This document shows, piece by piece, positions 8,530 to 17,656 of a stretch of 64,000 nucleotides of DNA (the stretch's first letter is position 1; every line of letters begins with the position of its first letter). Origin of the DNA: an uncultured Gaiellales bacterium (GTDB lineage Bacteria > Actinomycetota > Thermoleophilia > BMS3ABIN01); contig CAZCCR010000005.1 in NCBI GenBank assembly GCA_964497425.1, forward strand, positions 206 to 64,205, given 5' to 3'. A model generated the notes under the pieces. That model made no database searches. It was not told where the DNA came from and was given only the letters and a program-made list of their open reading frames with translations. A program made the position numbers and the translations under genes.

Positions 8530-9698
8530 TAAAGGTTTTGTTTTATGCGATCCAGCGCCTCGGCGATGCGATCGTCCGGGGCCGTCAGCGATATGCGTAC
8601 GAAGCCCTCGCCGCTGGGACCGTAGCCCGAACCGGGCGGCACCACCACGCCGCATTTCTCCAGCACCATGTCGGCGAAGGAACCGGAAGTGAAGCCGTCA
8701 GGCACCCTGATCCAGATATAGATGGTCCCCCGGGGCGGGGTGACCTCGATGCCGATCTCCCTGAGCGTCCCCACCACCAGGTCGCGCCGTCGCCGGTAGA
8801 TCCCGCACATGTCCTTGACGCATTGCTGTGACTGGGTGAGAGCATAGGCGGCCGTCTTCTGCAGCGCCGCGAACATGCCCGAGTCCATGTTGCTCTTCAG
8901 CGTCCAGTACTTGGCGATGATATCGGCGTTGCCCACGGCGGCGCCGATGCGCCAGCCGGTCATGTTATAGGTCTTGGAGAGGGAGAAGAGCTCGATGCCC
9001 GCATCCCGGGCGCCGTCAGCCTCCAGATAACTGGGCGCCACATAACCGTCGAAGGTTATCTCCGAATAGGCGTTGTCATGGATGATGGCGATATCGTGCT
9101 CCCGGCCGAAGGCGGCCAGCCGCTGGAAGAAGTCGTCTCCCGGCTCCAGTACGGCTCCGGTGGGGTTGTTGGGATAGTTGACGAACAGCATCCTGGAGCG
9201 TTCCAGGACGTCCGCCGGTATCGCGTCCAGGTCCGGTTTGAACCCCAGTTCCGGCACCAGGGGGATGGGATAGGGCTCTCCCCCGGCCAGGATGGGACCA
9301 CTGGTGTAGACCGGATAGCCCGGATCGGCGCTGAGACAGAGATCGCCCTGGTCGAGGAAGTTGAAACAGATATGGGCGATGGCCTCTTTGGCGCCGAGCA
9401 GGGGGAAGACCTCGGTCTCCGGGTCGAGACTGACTCCGAAACGGTCGCTGTAGAAACCCGCGACCGCCTGGCGGAACTCGTCGGTGCCGCGGTTGGTCGG
9501 GTACTGGTGGTTGGCCGCATCAGCCACCTGGCGCTGCATCTCTTCGACTATGTGGGGCGGTGTCGGCGTATCGGGGTCGCCGATGCCGAGACTGATCACG
9601 TCCACACCCTGTTTGCGCTTCTCGGCGATCCTGCGTTCGATCTCCGCGAAAAGGTACGGAGGCAGTCCATCCATGCGCCGCGAGTATCTCATCTTCAC
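8529..9698 (-). CDS. dapL: LL-diaminopimelate aminotransferase (DapL-type)
   Basis: 389 aa aminotransferase class I/II. N-terminus MRYSRRMDGLPPYLFAEI is typical of DapL. PLP-lysine region SLSKTYNMTGWRIG. Adjacent to dapF. Confidence 0.8.
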   Translation of the reverse strand: MKMRYSRRMDGLPPYLFAEIERRIAEKRKQGVDVISLGIGDPDTPTPPHIVEEMQRQVADAANHQYPTNRGTDEFRQAVAGFYSDRFGVSLDPETEVFPLLGAKEAIAHICFNFLDQGDLCLSADPGYPVYTSGPILAGGEPYPIPLVPELGFKPDLDAIPADVLERSRMLFVNYPNNPTGAVLEPGDDFFQRLAAFGREHDIAIIHDNAYSEITFDGYVAPSYLEADGARDAGIELFSLSKTYNMTGWRIGAAVGNADIIAKYWTLKSNMDSGMFAALQKTAAYALTQSQQCVKDMCGIYRRRRDLVVGTLREIGIEVTPPRGTIYIWIRVPDGFTSGSFADMVLEKCGVVVPPGSGYGPSGEGFVRISLTAPDDRIAEALDRIKQNL

Positions 9699-10552
9699 AG
9701 CTCCTTCATCCTCTTGATAAAAGCTCCGGACATGGCCCCGCTGAATATCTCCTCGGCCGGACCGGTCATGACCACATCGAGGTCATCGTCAACCTCGATC
9801 TCCAGGTCGCCGCCGGGGAGATGTACCACCACGGGACTCTCCGCCCGGCCGTTGCTGCATGCCGCCACGGCCACGGCGCAGGCGCCGGTACCGCAGGCGC
9901 GCGTCTCCCCCACGCCCCGCTCCCATACTTTCATCGTCAGTTCAGCCGGTCCATCGCTGCGGACGAACTCCACGTTGGTGCGGTTGGGGAAGAACTCATG
10001 GTTCTCGATGGGTGGTCCCTCCGCCGCCAGGTCCACCGAATCCAGGTCCGCAACCATGATCACACAATGGGGGTTTCCCATGTCCACGAAGGTGAAGGTA
10101 TATCCGACTCCACCGGCGTCGAGCTTCTCCAGCACCGCTTCGCCCTTCCCCTTGCTGCCGTCGAACCCCTTTATGGCCGGTCCCCCCAGCCTGGCGCGTC
10201 CCATCTCCACCCGCACCATCCCGTCAGCCTGCACCGTCGGCGTGATGATGCCCGCGTCCGTATCGATGCTGAAGGTGTCGCTGCCGGCAAGGCCCCCCTG
10301 GTGAAGATGCCGGGCCAGCATGCGGATGCCGTTGCCGCACATCTCCGCCCGGCTGCCGTCCGGGTTGTATATATCGAGCCGGAACTCGGCTATGGAGGAT
10401 TCACTCCAGGCCAGGATACCGTCCGAACCGATGCCGAAATGACGGTCACATATCGCCGTCACCCTTTCGGGCGTGAGTTCGAAGGGCAGGTCTGAGGATG
10501 CGACTATGACATAGTCGTTGCCGATACCCTGCCACTTGGAAAACTCTGCCAT
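9695..10552 (-). CDS. dapF: Diaminopimelate epimerase
   Basis: 285 aa. NPDGSRAEMCGNGIR and TRACGTGACAVAVAA are the two active-site Cys motifs. Confidence 0.9.
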   Translation of the reverse strand: MAEFSKWQGIGNDYVIVASSDLPFELTPERVTAICDRHFGIGSDGILAWSESSIAEFRLDIYNPDGSRAEMCGNGIRMLARHLHQGGLAGSDTFSIDTDAGIITPTVQADGMVRVEMGRARLGGPAIKGFDGSKGKGEAVLEKLDAGGVGYTFTFVDMGNPHCVIMVADLDSVDLAAEGPPIENHEFFPNRTNVEFVRSDGPAELTMKVWERGVGETRACGTGACAVAVAACSNGRAESPVVVHLPGGDLEIEVDDDLDVVMTGPAEEIFSGAMSGAFIKRMKEL

Positions 10553-11473
10553 TCAACCCTCGGTGCGGATACGCTCGATGATGGTTCCGGCGGCCGCCGC
10601 CACGTCGCCTGCAGACAGGTCGATTCTAGCAATATCAGGCATCTTTCGCATCCAGGTAAGCTGGCGCTTGGCGTAGCGGCGGCTGCGCTGCCTGATGGCG
10701 GCGATGGCATCCTCCAGGCTTGCATTGCCGTCCAGGTAGTCGCAGATATCCCGAAAGCCGATAGCCTGGGCCGCGGTCCTTGAGACGCCGCCCCGGCGCG
10801 TCCGGCGCACCTCTTCCACCGCCCCGCGCTCAAACATCTCCCCTACGCGCGCGTCGATCCGTCGGTAAAGCTCGCCCCGGTCCATCTCCAGCCCGAAGGA
10901 GAACGCTTTATAGGGAGAATCCGGCGACCACATGCGCTCCCTTTCCAGCATTGCCCCGCTGCGGCTTTCCAGGGCCGCCTTGGCCGCCTCCAGCGCCCGC
11001 GCCAGCCGCCGCGGGTTCTTGCGGTCTACGGCCGCCGCCGCCTCCGCGTCCATCTGCTCAAGCTCTTCCCATGCAGCCTCACAGCCCTCCTCGGCGATGA
11101 ACCGCTCCCAGCGGCGGCGGCTGCCCTCCTCTCCGGTTCCGGCGAACGAGAAGCCTCCCAGCAGCGCCCGCAGATAGAGGCCGGTGCCGCCGGCGAGCAC
11201 GGGCACAGCCCCGCGGGAGACGATTCCTTCCAGACACTTTTCCGCGTCCCGTACGAACAGGGCCGCGTTGTACTCCCGGTCCGGGGATATCGAGCCCACC
11301 AGGTGATGAGGAACAGCCTTGAGCAAGTCCGGCCCCGGCTGGTCCGTGAGGATGGAGAGGCCCCTGTAGACCTGCATGGAGTCGGCGGAGACGATCTCTC
11401 CCTTGCACCGCTTTGCCACCTCGACGGCGACACGGCTCTTTCCCACGGCGGTGGGACCGAAGATGGCGATCAT
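10553..11473 (-). CDS. miaA: tRNA dimethylallyltransferase
   Basis: 306 aa. P-loop IFGPTAVGKS plus SADSMQVYRGLSILTDQP. Confidence 0.9.
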   Translation of the reverse strand: MIAIFGPTAVGKSRVAVEVAKRCKGEIVSADSMQVYRGLSILTDQPGPDLLKAVPHHLVGSISPDREYNAALFVRDAEKCLEGIVSRGAVPVLAGGTGLYLRALLGGFSFAGTGEEGSRRRWERFIAEEGCEAAWEELEQMDAEAAAAVDRKNPRRLARALEAAKAALESRSGAMLERERMWSPDSPYKAFSFGLEMDRGELYRRIDARVGEMFERGAVEEVRRTRRGGVSRTAAQAIGFRDICDYLDGNASLEDAIAAIRQRSRRYAKRQLTWMRKMPDIARIDLSAGDVAAAAGTIIERIRTEG

Positions 11474-12195
11474 CAGTATTTTATCTCGAACCTGCAGCTG
11501 TCACCGCCTGTGGCGATCCCGGAACTGCTCGTCACCCTGGCCTTGCCGAAGATGGCTTCGCTCAACCCCAGGAACATGGAACGATGGATGGAACACACCA
11601 GACCACCATGCCGCGTGGACAGTTCACGGAAACAGCAGTTGTATATCAGCAGACGCAGATGACCCTCACCGCGCGATGAGACCTCGGCGAAAAGGCCCTG
11701 CTCCCCGGCGATTCTCTCAAAGAGTCCCACCAGTTCCTCGCGTTTCGCGTCATCCCTGTCGAGAGCAGCTTCCGTCAGCGCCGACTCCCCCAGCTCGAAA
11801 CCGTAGCTCCATGCAATGCTTTCCGGTTTCTTACCGGAGGAGAGGGAATCGAGGGTGATATCAGCCAGCAGCATGTAGTCGCGCGGCGGATATTGAATGG
11901 CTACCATGCCTCCTCCGGCGGAATAAAAACGCGCCGGCCGTCCGCCGCCGGCGGACTTGCGATATCCGGACCGGACAAGTCCGGCTCCAGCCAGCTTCTC
12001 CAGATGCATCCGCGCCACGTTGGCGTGGACCCCGAACCTGGCGGCCGCGTCGGCAGCGGTCATCCCTTCACCCCGGTTGGAGAGGATCGCCCGGAAAATC
12101 TTCAGCCTGGTGGCATCGGCAAGCAGTCTGATCGTGTCTTCGTTGTTCTGTTTCACACATCTCCTCGACTGGGTGGGAACCAACGCCTTTTCCAT
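11473..12195 (-). CDS. ArsR-like winged-HTH transcriptional regulator with a Cys-rich C-terminal (putative metal/redox-sensing) domain
   Basis: HTH in TRLKIFRAIL...MTAADAAARFGVHANVARMHLEKLAGAGLV. The C-terminus carries CCFRELSTRHGGLVCSIH...SCRF. The stop overlaps the miaA start. It is divergent from norCB. Confidence 0.7.
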   Translation of the reverse strand: MEKALVPTQSRRCVKQNNEDTIRLLADATRLKIFRAILSNRGEGMTAADAAARFGVHANVARMHLEKLAGAGLVRSGYRKSAGGGRPARFYSAGGGMVAIQYPPRDYMLLADITLDSLSSGKKPESIAWSYGFELGESALTEAALDRDDAKREELVGLFERIAGEQGLFAEVSSRGEGHLRLLIYNCCFRELSTRHGGLVCSIHRSMFLGLSEAIFGKARVTSSSGIATGGDSCRFEIKY

Positions 12196-12226
12196 CCATA
12201 AAATATCATATCAGGTAATTACCCTA

Positions 12227-12255
12227 TTGACACTGTGAATATAGTGATATATATT
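12227..12255 (+). promoter_or_regulatory. Sigma-70-like promoter: TTGACA, 17-nt spacer, TATATT
   Basis: Near-consensus -35 at 12227-12232 and -10 at 12250-12255, about 190 bp upstream of norC. Confidence 0.5.
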
Positions 12256-12446
12256 CCCAGGCTACATATGCATGGCTTCCGCCATCGCCGTTGGAACACC
12301 TTTTTCCGGGTGTCTGGATCACAAACATGGACATGAAAGGAGCGGCCCGTGGAACAACAGACCGGTACCAGTAAACCAGTGGTGATACAGCCGGTGCGAC
12401 CGCAGGATGCCCGGCATGGTACACACCGTCCGGGAGGTGCTTTTTC

Positions 12447-13151
12447 ATGAGCAAACGAGCCGCGTTCTGGATATTCATCATCGGCACCGCCTCCTCCCTG
12501 GCGATCTTCCTGTTCCTGACCTGGGACACTCACCACCAGGTCGATGTGCTCACCCACGCCGACAGGCTCAGCGAACAGGTGGTTGCGGGAAAGCACGTCT
12601 GGGAGAAGAAGAACTGCAACAACTGTCACACCATCCTCGGTTTCGGCGTCTATTACGCCCCCGACCTGACCAACGTATACCAGCGCATCGGCGCCGACGG
12701 CATCATCGCCTCCGTGCAACGCCCGGAGGAGGTATATGCCGGCTCCTTCCGCAAGATGCCCAACCTGGGCGTGACAGACCAGGAAGCGCAGGACCTGGTC
12801 GCCTTCCTGGAATGGACAGGCAACATCGAGAACAACGACTGGCCGCCACAGGACAGGAACCGGGCGCTCTCGTCGGAGGAGCGGCGGCTGGCAGGCACCG
12901 GCCTGTCCCTGGGAGCCATCGCCTTCAAACAGGAATGCATGGGCTGCCATTCCATCGGCGGCGTCGGAGGCGGCACCGGCCCGGCCCTCGACGATATCGG
13001 CGACAGGTACGACGCAGTGACCATCGCCAGGTATATCGGCGACCCGACGTCGGTGGACCCCGGCTCGAGAATGCCGGCGCAAAGCTCCGTCAGCGATGAC
13101 GACCGGACGGAGATCGGAATATTCCTGGCAAAACAGGGAGGTGATCGATAA
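12447..13151 (+). CDS. norC: Nitric-oxide reductase cytochrome c subunit, NorC-like, fused to a second class-I cytochrome c domain (diheme)
   Basis: 234 aa with an N-terminal TM helix. Heme motifs CNNCH and CMGCH. NorC-like GKHVWEKKNCNNCHT...APDL. The second domain has C.GCH...GP.L...MP. Confidence 0.75.
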   Translation: MSKRAAFWIFIIGTASSLAIFLFLTWDTHHQVDVLTHADRLSEQVVAGKHVWEKKNCNNCHTILGFGVYYAPDLTNVYQRIGADGIIASVQRPEEVYAGSFRKMPNLGVTDQEAQDLVAFLEWTGNIENNDWPPQDRNRALSSEERRLAGTGLSLGAIAFKQECMGCHSIGGVGGGTGPALDDIGDRYDAVTIARYIGDPTSVDPGSRMPAQSSVSDDDRTEIGIFLAKQGGDR

Positions 13152-14548
13152 TGGCAGCCAATGAAGCTGTGATCGCGAACAACGCTGCGGATGCTGGTTC
13201 CAGAGAGGACGGTTCTGTCCCCTACAGCTCACAGACCGTGGCCTACTGGTACTTCCTCATCGCCTTGGCCCTGTTCGTCCTCCAGATCGTCGTGGGCATC
13301 TGGCTGGCGATAAGTTACGCCTTCACCATCCCCCAGAACATAGTCGACGTCCTGCCTTTCGGCATGACCAGGGCCATGCATACCAACCTGCTGGTGCTGT
13401 GGCTGTTGCTGGGGTTCATGGGCGGAGCCTACTATCTTGTGCCAGAAGAGACCGAAAGAGAGATATTCAGCGTCAAGCTGGCCTATCTCCAGTTGATCAT
13501 CCTGGTAGTGACCGGTGTCGCCGCCCTTATCGGGTTCGCCTTCGGCTGGACCCAGGGGCGTCCCATCCTGGAGATACCCACCCTGCTGGATTTCTTCATC
13601 GTCATCGGCGCCCTCATCTTCCTGTTCAACGTCGGCATGACGGTCATCAAGGGTAAGAAGAACGCCATCACCGGCATGTTGCTGGGCGGCCTGGTCTTCC
13701 TGGCGTTGCTCTATCTGTTCGGCATGCCCTTCTACCGCAACCTCACCATCGACTGGTTCTACTGGTGGTGGGTGGTGCACCTGTGGGTGGAGGGCGCCTG
13801 GGAGCTGGTGACCGCCGCCATCCTGGCCTTCGTGCTGTACAAGGTGACCGGTGTCAGGCGACAGGTAGTGGAGAAGTACCTCTACCTGGAGACAGCGCTC
13901 TTTCTGTTCACCGGCATCGCCGGCACCGGTCATCACTACTACTGGCTGGGTACGCCCCGGGCCTGGCTCTGGGTCGGCGGCATCTTCAGCGCCATGGAGG
14001 TGATCCCCATCATCGCCATGGTGGTGGATACCTTCCTCACCCACCGGCGTGAGGGCACGCAGATCAGGAACAAGGTGGTCTGGACCTTCGCCGTAGGCAC
14101 GGCCGTGGGACACCTGATCGGCGCCGGCGCCTGGGGCTTCGTCCACACCCTGCCCCAGATCAACTACTACACCCACGGCAGCCAGGTGACTGCCAGTCAC
14201 GGACATGTAGCCTTCTACGGAGCCTATGTGCTGCTCAATCTGACCATGTTCTGGTATGCCATCCCCCGGCTGCGCGGCAGGATGAACTCCAGTACCGGAG
14301 GCGCCTACTGGGGCTTCTGGATCATGGGGCTGTCGGTGATCGGTCTGGGCACCGCCTTCGGCATCGCCGGCGTGCTGCAGACATACATCGAGCGTGTGAT
14401 GGGGCTGGGCTTCATGACCGCACAGGGCCAGATGCAGTTCTGGTTCAAGGTCGCCATCTTCTTCGGCGCCAGCCTGCTCATCGGCGCTCTGGTCACCTTC
14501 TGGAGCATGTTCCTCAGCAGGAGCACGAGTACGGATACGGCAGGCTGA
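13151..14548 (+). CDS. norB: Nitric-oxide reductase large subunit (heme-copper oxidase family, cNOR NorB-like)
   Basis: 465 aa, 12 TM helices. WWVVHLWVEGAWE, GHHYYW and HGHVAFYG are His ligand motifs. Start overlaps the norC stop. Confidence 0.8.
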   Translation: MAANEAVIANNAADAGSREDGSVPYSSQTVAYWYFLIALALFVLQIVVGIWLAISYAFTIPQNIVDVLPFGMTRAMHTNLLVLWLLLGFMGGAYYLVPEETEREIFSVKLAYLQLIILVVTGVAALIGFAFGWTQGRPILEIPTLLDFFIVIGALIFLFNVGMTVIKGKKNAITGMLLGGLVFLALLYLFGMPFYRNLTIDWFYWWWVVHLWVEGAWELVTAAILAFVLYKVTGVRRQVVEKYLYLETALFLFTGIAGTGHHYYWLGTPRAWLWVGGIFSAMEVIPIIAMVVDTFLTHRREGTQIRNKVVWTFAVGTAVGHLIGAGAWGFVHTLPQINYYTHGSQVTASHGHVAFYGAYVLLNLTMFWYAIPRLRGRMNSSTGGAYWGFWIMGLSVIGLGTAFGIAGVLQTYIERVMGLGFMTAQGQMQFWFKVAIFFGASLLIGALVTFWSMFLSRSTSTDTAG

Positions 14549-14560
14549 ACCACGGGAGAA

Positions 14561-14588
14561 GGGGGCGGCCCCTGACGGGGCCGCCCCC
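14561..14588. terminator. GC-rich hairpin between the convergent norB and AMMECR1 genes
   Basis: GGGGGCGGCCCC-TGAC-GGGGCCGCCCCC. The U-tract is weak on both strands. Confidence 0.45.
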
Positions 14589-14642
14589 TATGAACTCCCG
14601 CCCCTGCTATCCCGAGCAGGTACGCCGCCGCGGGCGCTTCCA

Positions 14643-15197
14643 TCAGTCCTGTTCTGTATAGCGCCTGACCGTGAACCGCCTGATATTGAAGTCCTCCCCC
14701 GCGCCGATGCCCGCCTTCTGGCAGGCGATGGACAGCTGGTCTTCCACCGTGTCCACTCCTTCCAGGTCGGGCAGGAGGACGCCACGGCGATAGCCGCTGC
14801 TCACGATCACGCCGTATTCCCTGCAGTCGAGCTGCTCGCGATCGGTCACTTCCTCCGGTTCGCTCAAAACATCGACACTGATGCTCAGCTCGTCCGTCTC
14901 CTCCGCCGTCACCGCCGGGAAGCGGGGATCGGCGAAGGCGGCGGACTGGGCGTTGCGGACTATCTCCCCGCCCAGGTCCTCCTCGGCCGGCTCCAGCGTG
15001 CCGATGCAGCCGCGCAGGTTGCCATGCTTCTTGATGCTGACGAAGCAGGCGGCGCGACGCCGGTAAAACCCCTCATCGGGAGGCTGTGGCAGCGGCCCGG
15101 CACCCGTCGCGGCTTCTATCACCGCGCGGGCGAAGGAGGCGGGATTGGTTCGAGGCGTGTCGTTGCCGCCGGCCAGGTTGTCATCTGTCCCGTTCAT
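14643..15197 (-). CDS. AMMECR1-domain protein (AmmeMemoRadiSam system protein A-like)
   Basis: 184 aa; ACFVSIKKHGNLRGCIGTLEP is the AMMECR1 signature. Confidence 0.85.
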   Translation of the reverse strand: MNGTDDNLAGGNDTPRTNPASFARAVIEAATGAGPLPQPPDEGFYRRRAACFVSIKKHGNLRGCIGTLEPAEEDLGGEIVRNAQSAAFADPRFPAVTAEETDELSISVDVLSEPEEVTDREQLDCREYGVIVSSGYRRGVLLPDLEGVDTVEDQLSIACQKAGIGAGEDFNIRRFTVRRYTEQD

Positions 15198-15212
15198 GGC
15201 GTCACCCTTCCT

Positions 15213-16031
15213 TCACCTGACGACGATACCGGCGTAACCCACGACCTGGCTGAAGTCACCGGTGACGTCACCCGACGTCTCGTAGCGCACCAGCTCGGCC
15301 CCGGAGGCCCCCATCATCCTGCAGGCGTGGAGCATGGCCGCCACGGGCGCAACACCGCACATGGTTATGCCATGCCTTTGTACCGTCTCCAGCAGACCGT
15401 CCGCATCCAGGGCCAGGATCATGTCGATAGCCATCCTGTCCTTGCGCCCGGCCTCCTCCTGGCTCTCGTAATGGGTCATGTCCGAGCTGGCCACGATCAG
15501 GACATCGTCCTCTGCCTCCCCGGCGGCGACGGCAACGGCCTCCCCGACCTGCCGGCAGTGGCCGGGATCTGCTGTCATCATGCAGACCGGCACAAACTCC
15601 ATCCCGTCCGCCAGGTACTGAAGGAACGGCAGCTGGACCTCGATGGAATGTTCATGGACGTGGGCCGAAGCATCCTCCGCCAGCACATCGCCGTTGCTGA
15701 GGATGGCTTCCGCCAGGTCCGTATCGATATCAGCTTCGCCTGCCGGCGTCAGCCAGCGTCCCCGCGTCATGATGGAAGCGGGCGTACCCAGCCCGGTGTG
15801 ATTGGGGCCGATGATGACGAACCTTTGCGGCATACGTACGGAGGCGTAAACCGCGCCCGCCACGGCGCCGGAATACATGTAGCCGGCGTGCGGCGCCATC
15901 AACCCCAGTGCCGCCCGCGCCGGTCCGTCCCCCAGCTTCTCCCTGATGGTGGCGGCGAGGGTCTCACCGTCGCCGGGATAGAACCGGCCCGCCACCGCCG
16001 GCTGGCGTGTTGCGAGCCCGGGAGGTTCCAT
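15213..16031 (-). CDS. MEMO1-family protein (AmmeMemoRadiSam system protein B-like)
   Basis: Memo motifs GPNHTG, HVHEHSIEVQLPFL and SSDMTHY. Start taken at MEPPGLAT (ATG 16029-16031); the ORF track extends to 16181 through a tandem repeat. Confidence 0.8.
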   Translation of the reverse strand: MEPPGLATRQPAVAGRFYPGDGETLAATIREKLGDGPARAALGLMAPHAGYMYSGAVAGAVYASVRMPQRFVIIGPNHTGLGTPASIMTRGRWLTPAGEADIDTDLAEAILSNGDVLAEDASAHVHEHSIEVQLPFLQYLADGMEFVPVCMMTADPGHCRQVGEAVAVAAGEAEDDVLIVASSDMTHYESQEEAGRKDRMAIDMILALDADGLLETVQRHGITMCGVAPVAAMLHACRMMGASGAELVRYETSGDVTGDFSQVVGYAGIVVR

Positions 16032-16071
16032 CGCTGCCTCTCTCCTTCCGCTTTTCTTCCCTGTGCCAGTC

Positions 16072-16190
16072 CGGAGGCGCATCGCCTTCGGCCTTCTCGC
16101 CGAAGAACAGCGTCTTGCATCCTTTGTCAGTCCTGAGGCGCATCGCCTTCGGCCTTCTCGCCAAAGAGCGGCGCCTCGCACCAGGTTTTT
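16072..16190. repeat. Tandem ~60-bp direct duplication in the leader of the Memo gene
   Basis: GAGGCGCATCGCCTTCGGCCTTCTCGCCGAAGAACAGCGTCTTGCATCC and GAGGCGCATCGCCTTCGGCCTTCTCGCCAAAGAGCGGCGCCTCGCACC. Each contains a hairpin-capable GGCGA..TCGCC segment. Confidence 0.6.
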
Positions 16191-16246
16191 TTGCTGATTA
16201 ATGATTCTACCCGCAACTGGCAGGTTTAATCTTGATATTCCAGCTG

Positions 16247-17584
16247 TCAGGGACCACCGGCAGCCACCTGGCGCCCCTTCAGCGTCGTGGATGTGACCGA
16301 TTCTATCAGTACGGATACGAGCGCGCCTTCCACGAGGGATGGTCCCGCACCGTCGGGACGGAAATTCACGATCTTGTTCGAGCGGGTCCTGCCCCTCAAC
16401 TGGCCACCGGCGAGACGGCTGGGGCCCTCGACCATCACCTCCATCTCCCTTCCCGACAGCGCCTGGTTGTTCTCCAGGGCCTTGGCCTGCGAGAGTTCGA
16501 CCAGTTCCTTCATCCGCCGTCGTACCGTTCCCCGGGGGACGGTCCCCGGCAGTCTGGCCGCCTCCGTTCCCGGCCGCGGGGAGAAGACGAAAGTGAAGGC
16601 CCCGTCGAAGCGACAGCGCTCTACCAGGGTCATGGTGCGATAGAAGTCGTCCTCTCTCTCACCGGGAAAACCCACGATCAGGTCCGTAGTGAGAGCAACG
16701 CCACCGACCTCCTGCCGGAGCCGGTCGGCCAGCTCCAGATATCTCTCCCGCGTGTACCTCCTCTTCATACGCTCCAGTATGCGCGTGGAACCGGACTGGG
16801 CAGGAAGATGCATATGCTCGCAGACCGACGGAAGGTCCCGCATAGCCTCTATCAGGTCCGGCCCCAGGTCCTTGGGATGGGAGGTAGTGAAGCGGATCCT
16901 CTTCAGGCCTGCGATGGCATCCAGACGCTCCAGGAGGGCGGCGAATGACGGCTTCCCCTCACCCGCCAGGTCGTTGCCGTATGCGTTGACGTTCTGGCCA
17001 AGGATGGTAATCTCGGTCACCCCGTCATCCACCAACTCCCTCACCTCACCTTCGATGTCGGAGGGGATGCGACTGCGCTCCGGCCCCCGCACCCTGGGGA
17101 CGATGCAATAGCTGCAACAGTTGGTGCAGCCGGTCATGGCCTGGACCCAGGCACGGGTCCTGCTCCCCCGCCGTGAGGGCAGGCTGGAGACCGGCGCGGC
17201 GGTGCCATCGAAAGAGGATGCATGCGCCTCACTGTCCGCTGCTTCCCCGACCAGATCCGGCAGCCGGGCGATATCCGCCGGGCCGAAGGCAATGTCGAGG
17301 AAGGGCAGTTGGCGGAAGATTCCGTCCTTCCGGGCCTGAGCGAAACATCCCCCAAGCGCCACCAGCCGTCCGGGTTTTATGGACTTCAGCCTGCGGGCTT
17401 CACCAAGCCTGCCCAGAAGTCTGCTCTCCGCACTCTCCCGCACAGCGCAGGTGTTGAAAACCAGCAGGTCGGCTTCATCCGGGGTCTCAGCTTCCTGCCA
17501 GCCTTCCGCCTCCAGCACGCCACGGATACGCTCCGAGTCATGCTCGTTCATCTGACAGCCGAATGTGGTGAGATGGTACAACAT
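16247..17584 (-). CDS. miaB: tRNA-2-methylthio-N6-dimethylallyladenosine synthase (radical-SAM methylthiotransferase)
   Basis: 445 aa. MTTase N-domain FGCQMNEHDSE; radical-SAM CTNCCSYCIVP; TRAM domain. Confidence 0.9.
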   Translation of the reverse strand: MLYHLTTFGCQMNEHDSERIRGVLEAEGWQEAETPDEADLLVFNTCAVRESAESRLLGRLGEARRLKSIKPGRLVALGGCFAQARKDGIFRQLPFLDIAFGPADIARLPDLVGEAADSEAHASSFDGTAAPVSSLPSRRGSRTRAWVQAMTGCTNCCSYCIVPRVRGPERSRIPSDIEGEVRELVDDGVTEITILGQNVNAYGNDLAGEGKPSFAALLERLDAIAGLKRIRFTTSHPKDLGPDLIEAMRDLPSVCEHMHLPAQSGSTRILERMKRRYTRERYLELADRLRQEVGGVALTTDLIVGFPGEREDDFYRTMTLVERCRFDGAFTFVFSPRPGTEAARLPGTVPRGTVRRRMKELVELSQAKALENNQALSGREMEVMVEGPSRLAGGQLRGRTRSNKIVNFRPDGAGPSLVEGALVSVLIESVTSTTLKGRQVAAGGP

Positions 17585-17656
17585 GGGTTATATGTTCAGT
17601 ATAACCGACAAACCTGTCATCTTGATAAAGGGGACGGCCGGACCCCGAGACGACAG

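Noticed and set aside
9078-10304. 408-aa ORF on the plus strand
   Set aside because: Antisense to dapL and dapF; Ser/Arg/Thr-rich low-complexity product; no motifs.
15024-16136. 370-aa ORF on the plus strand
   Set aside because: Antisense to the Memo and AMMECR1 genes and reads through the tandem repeat; no domain.
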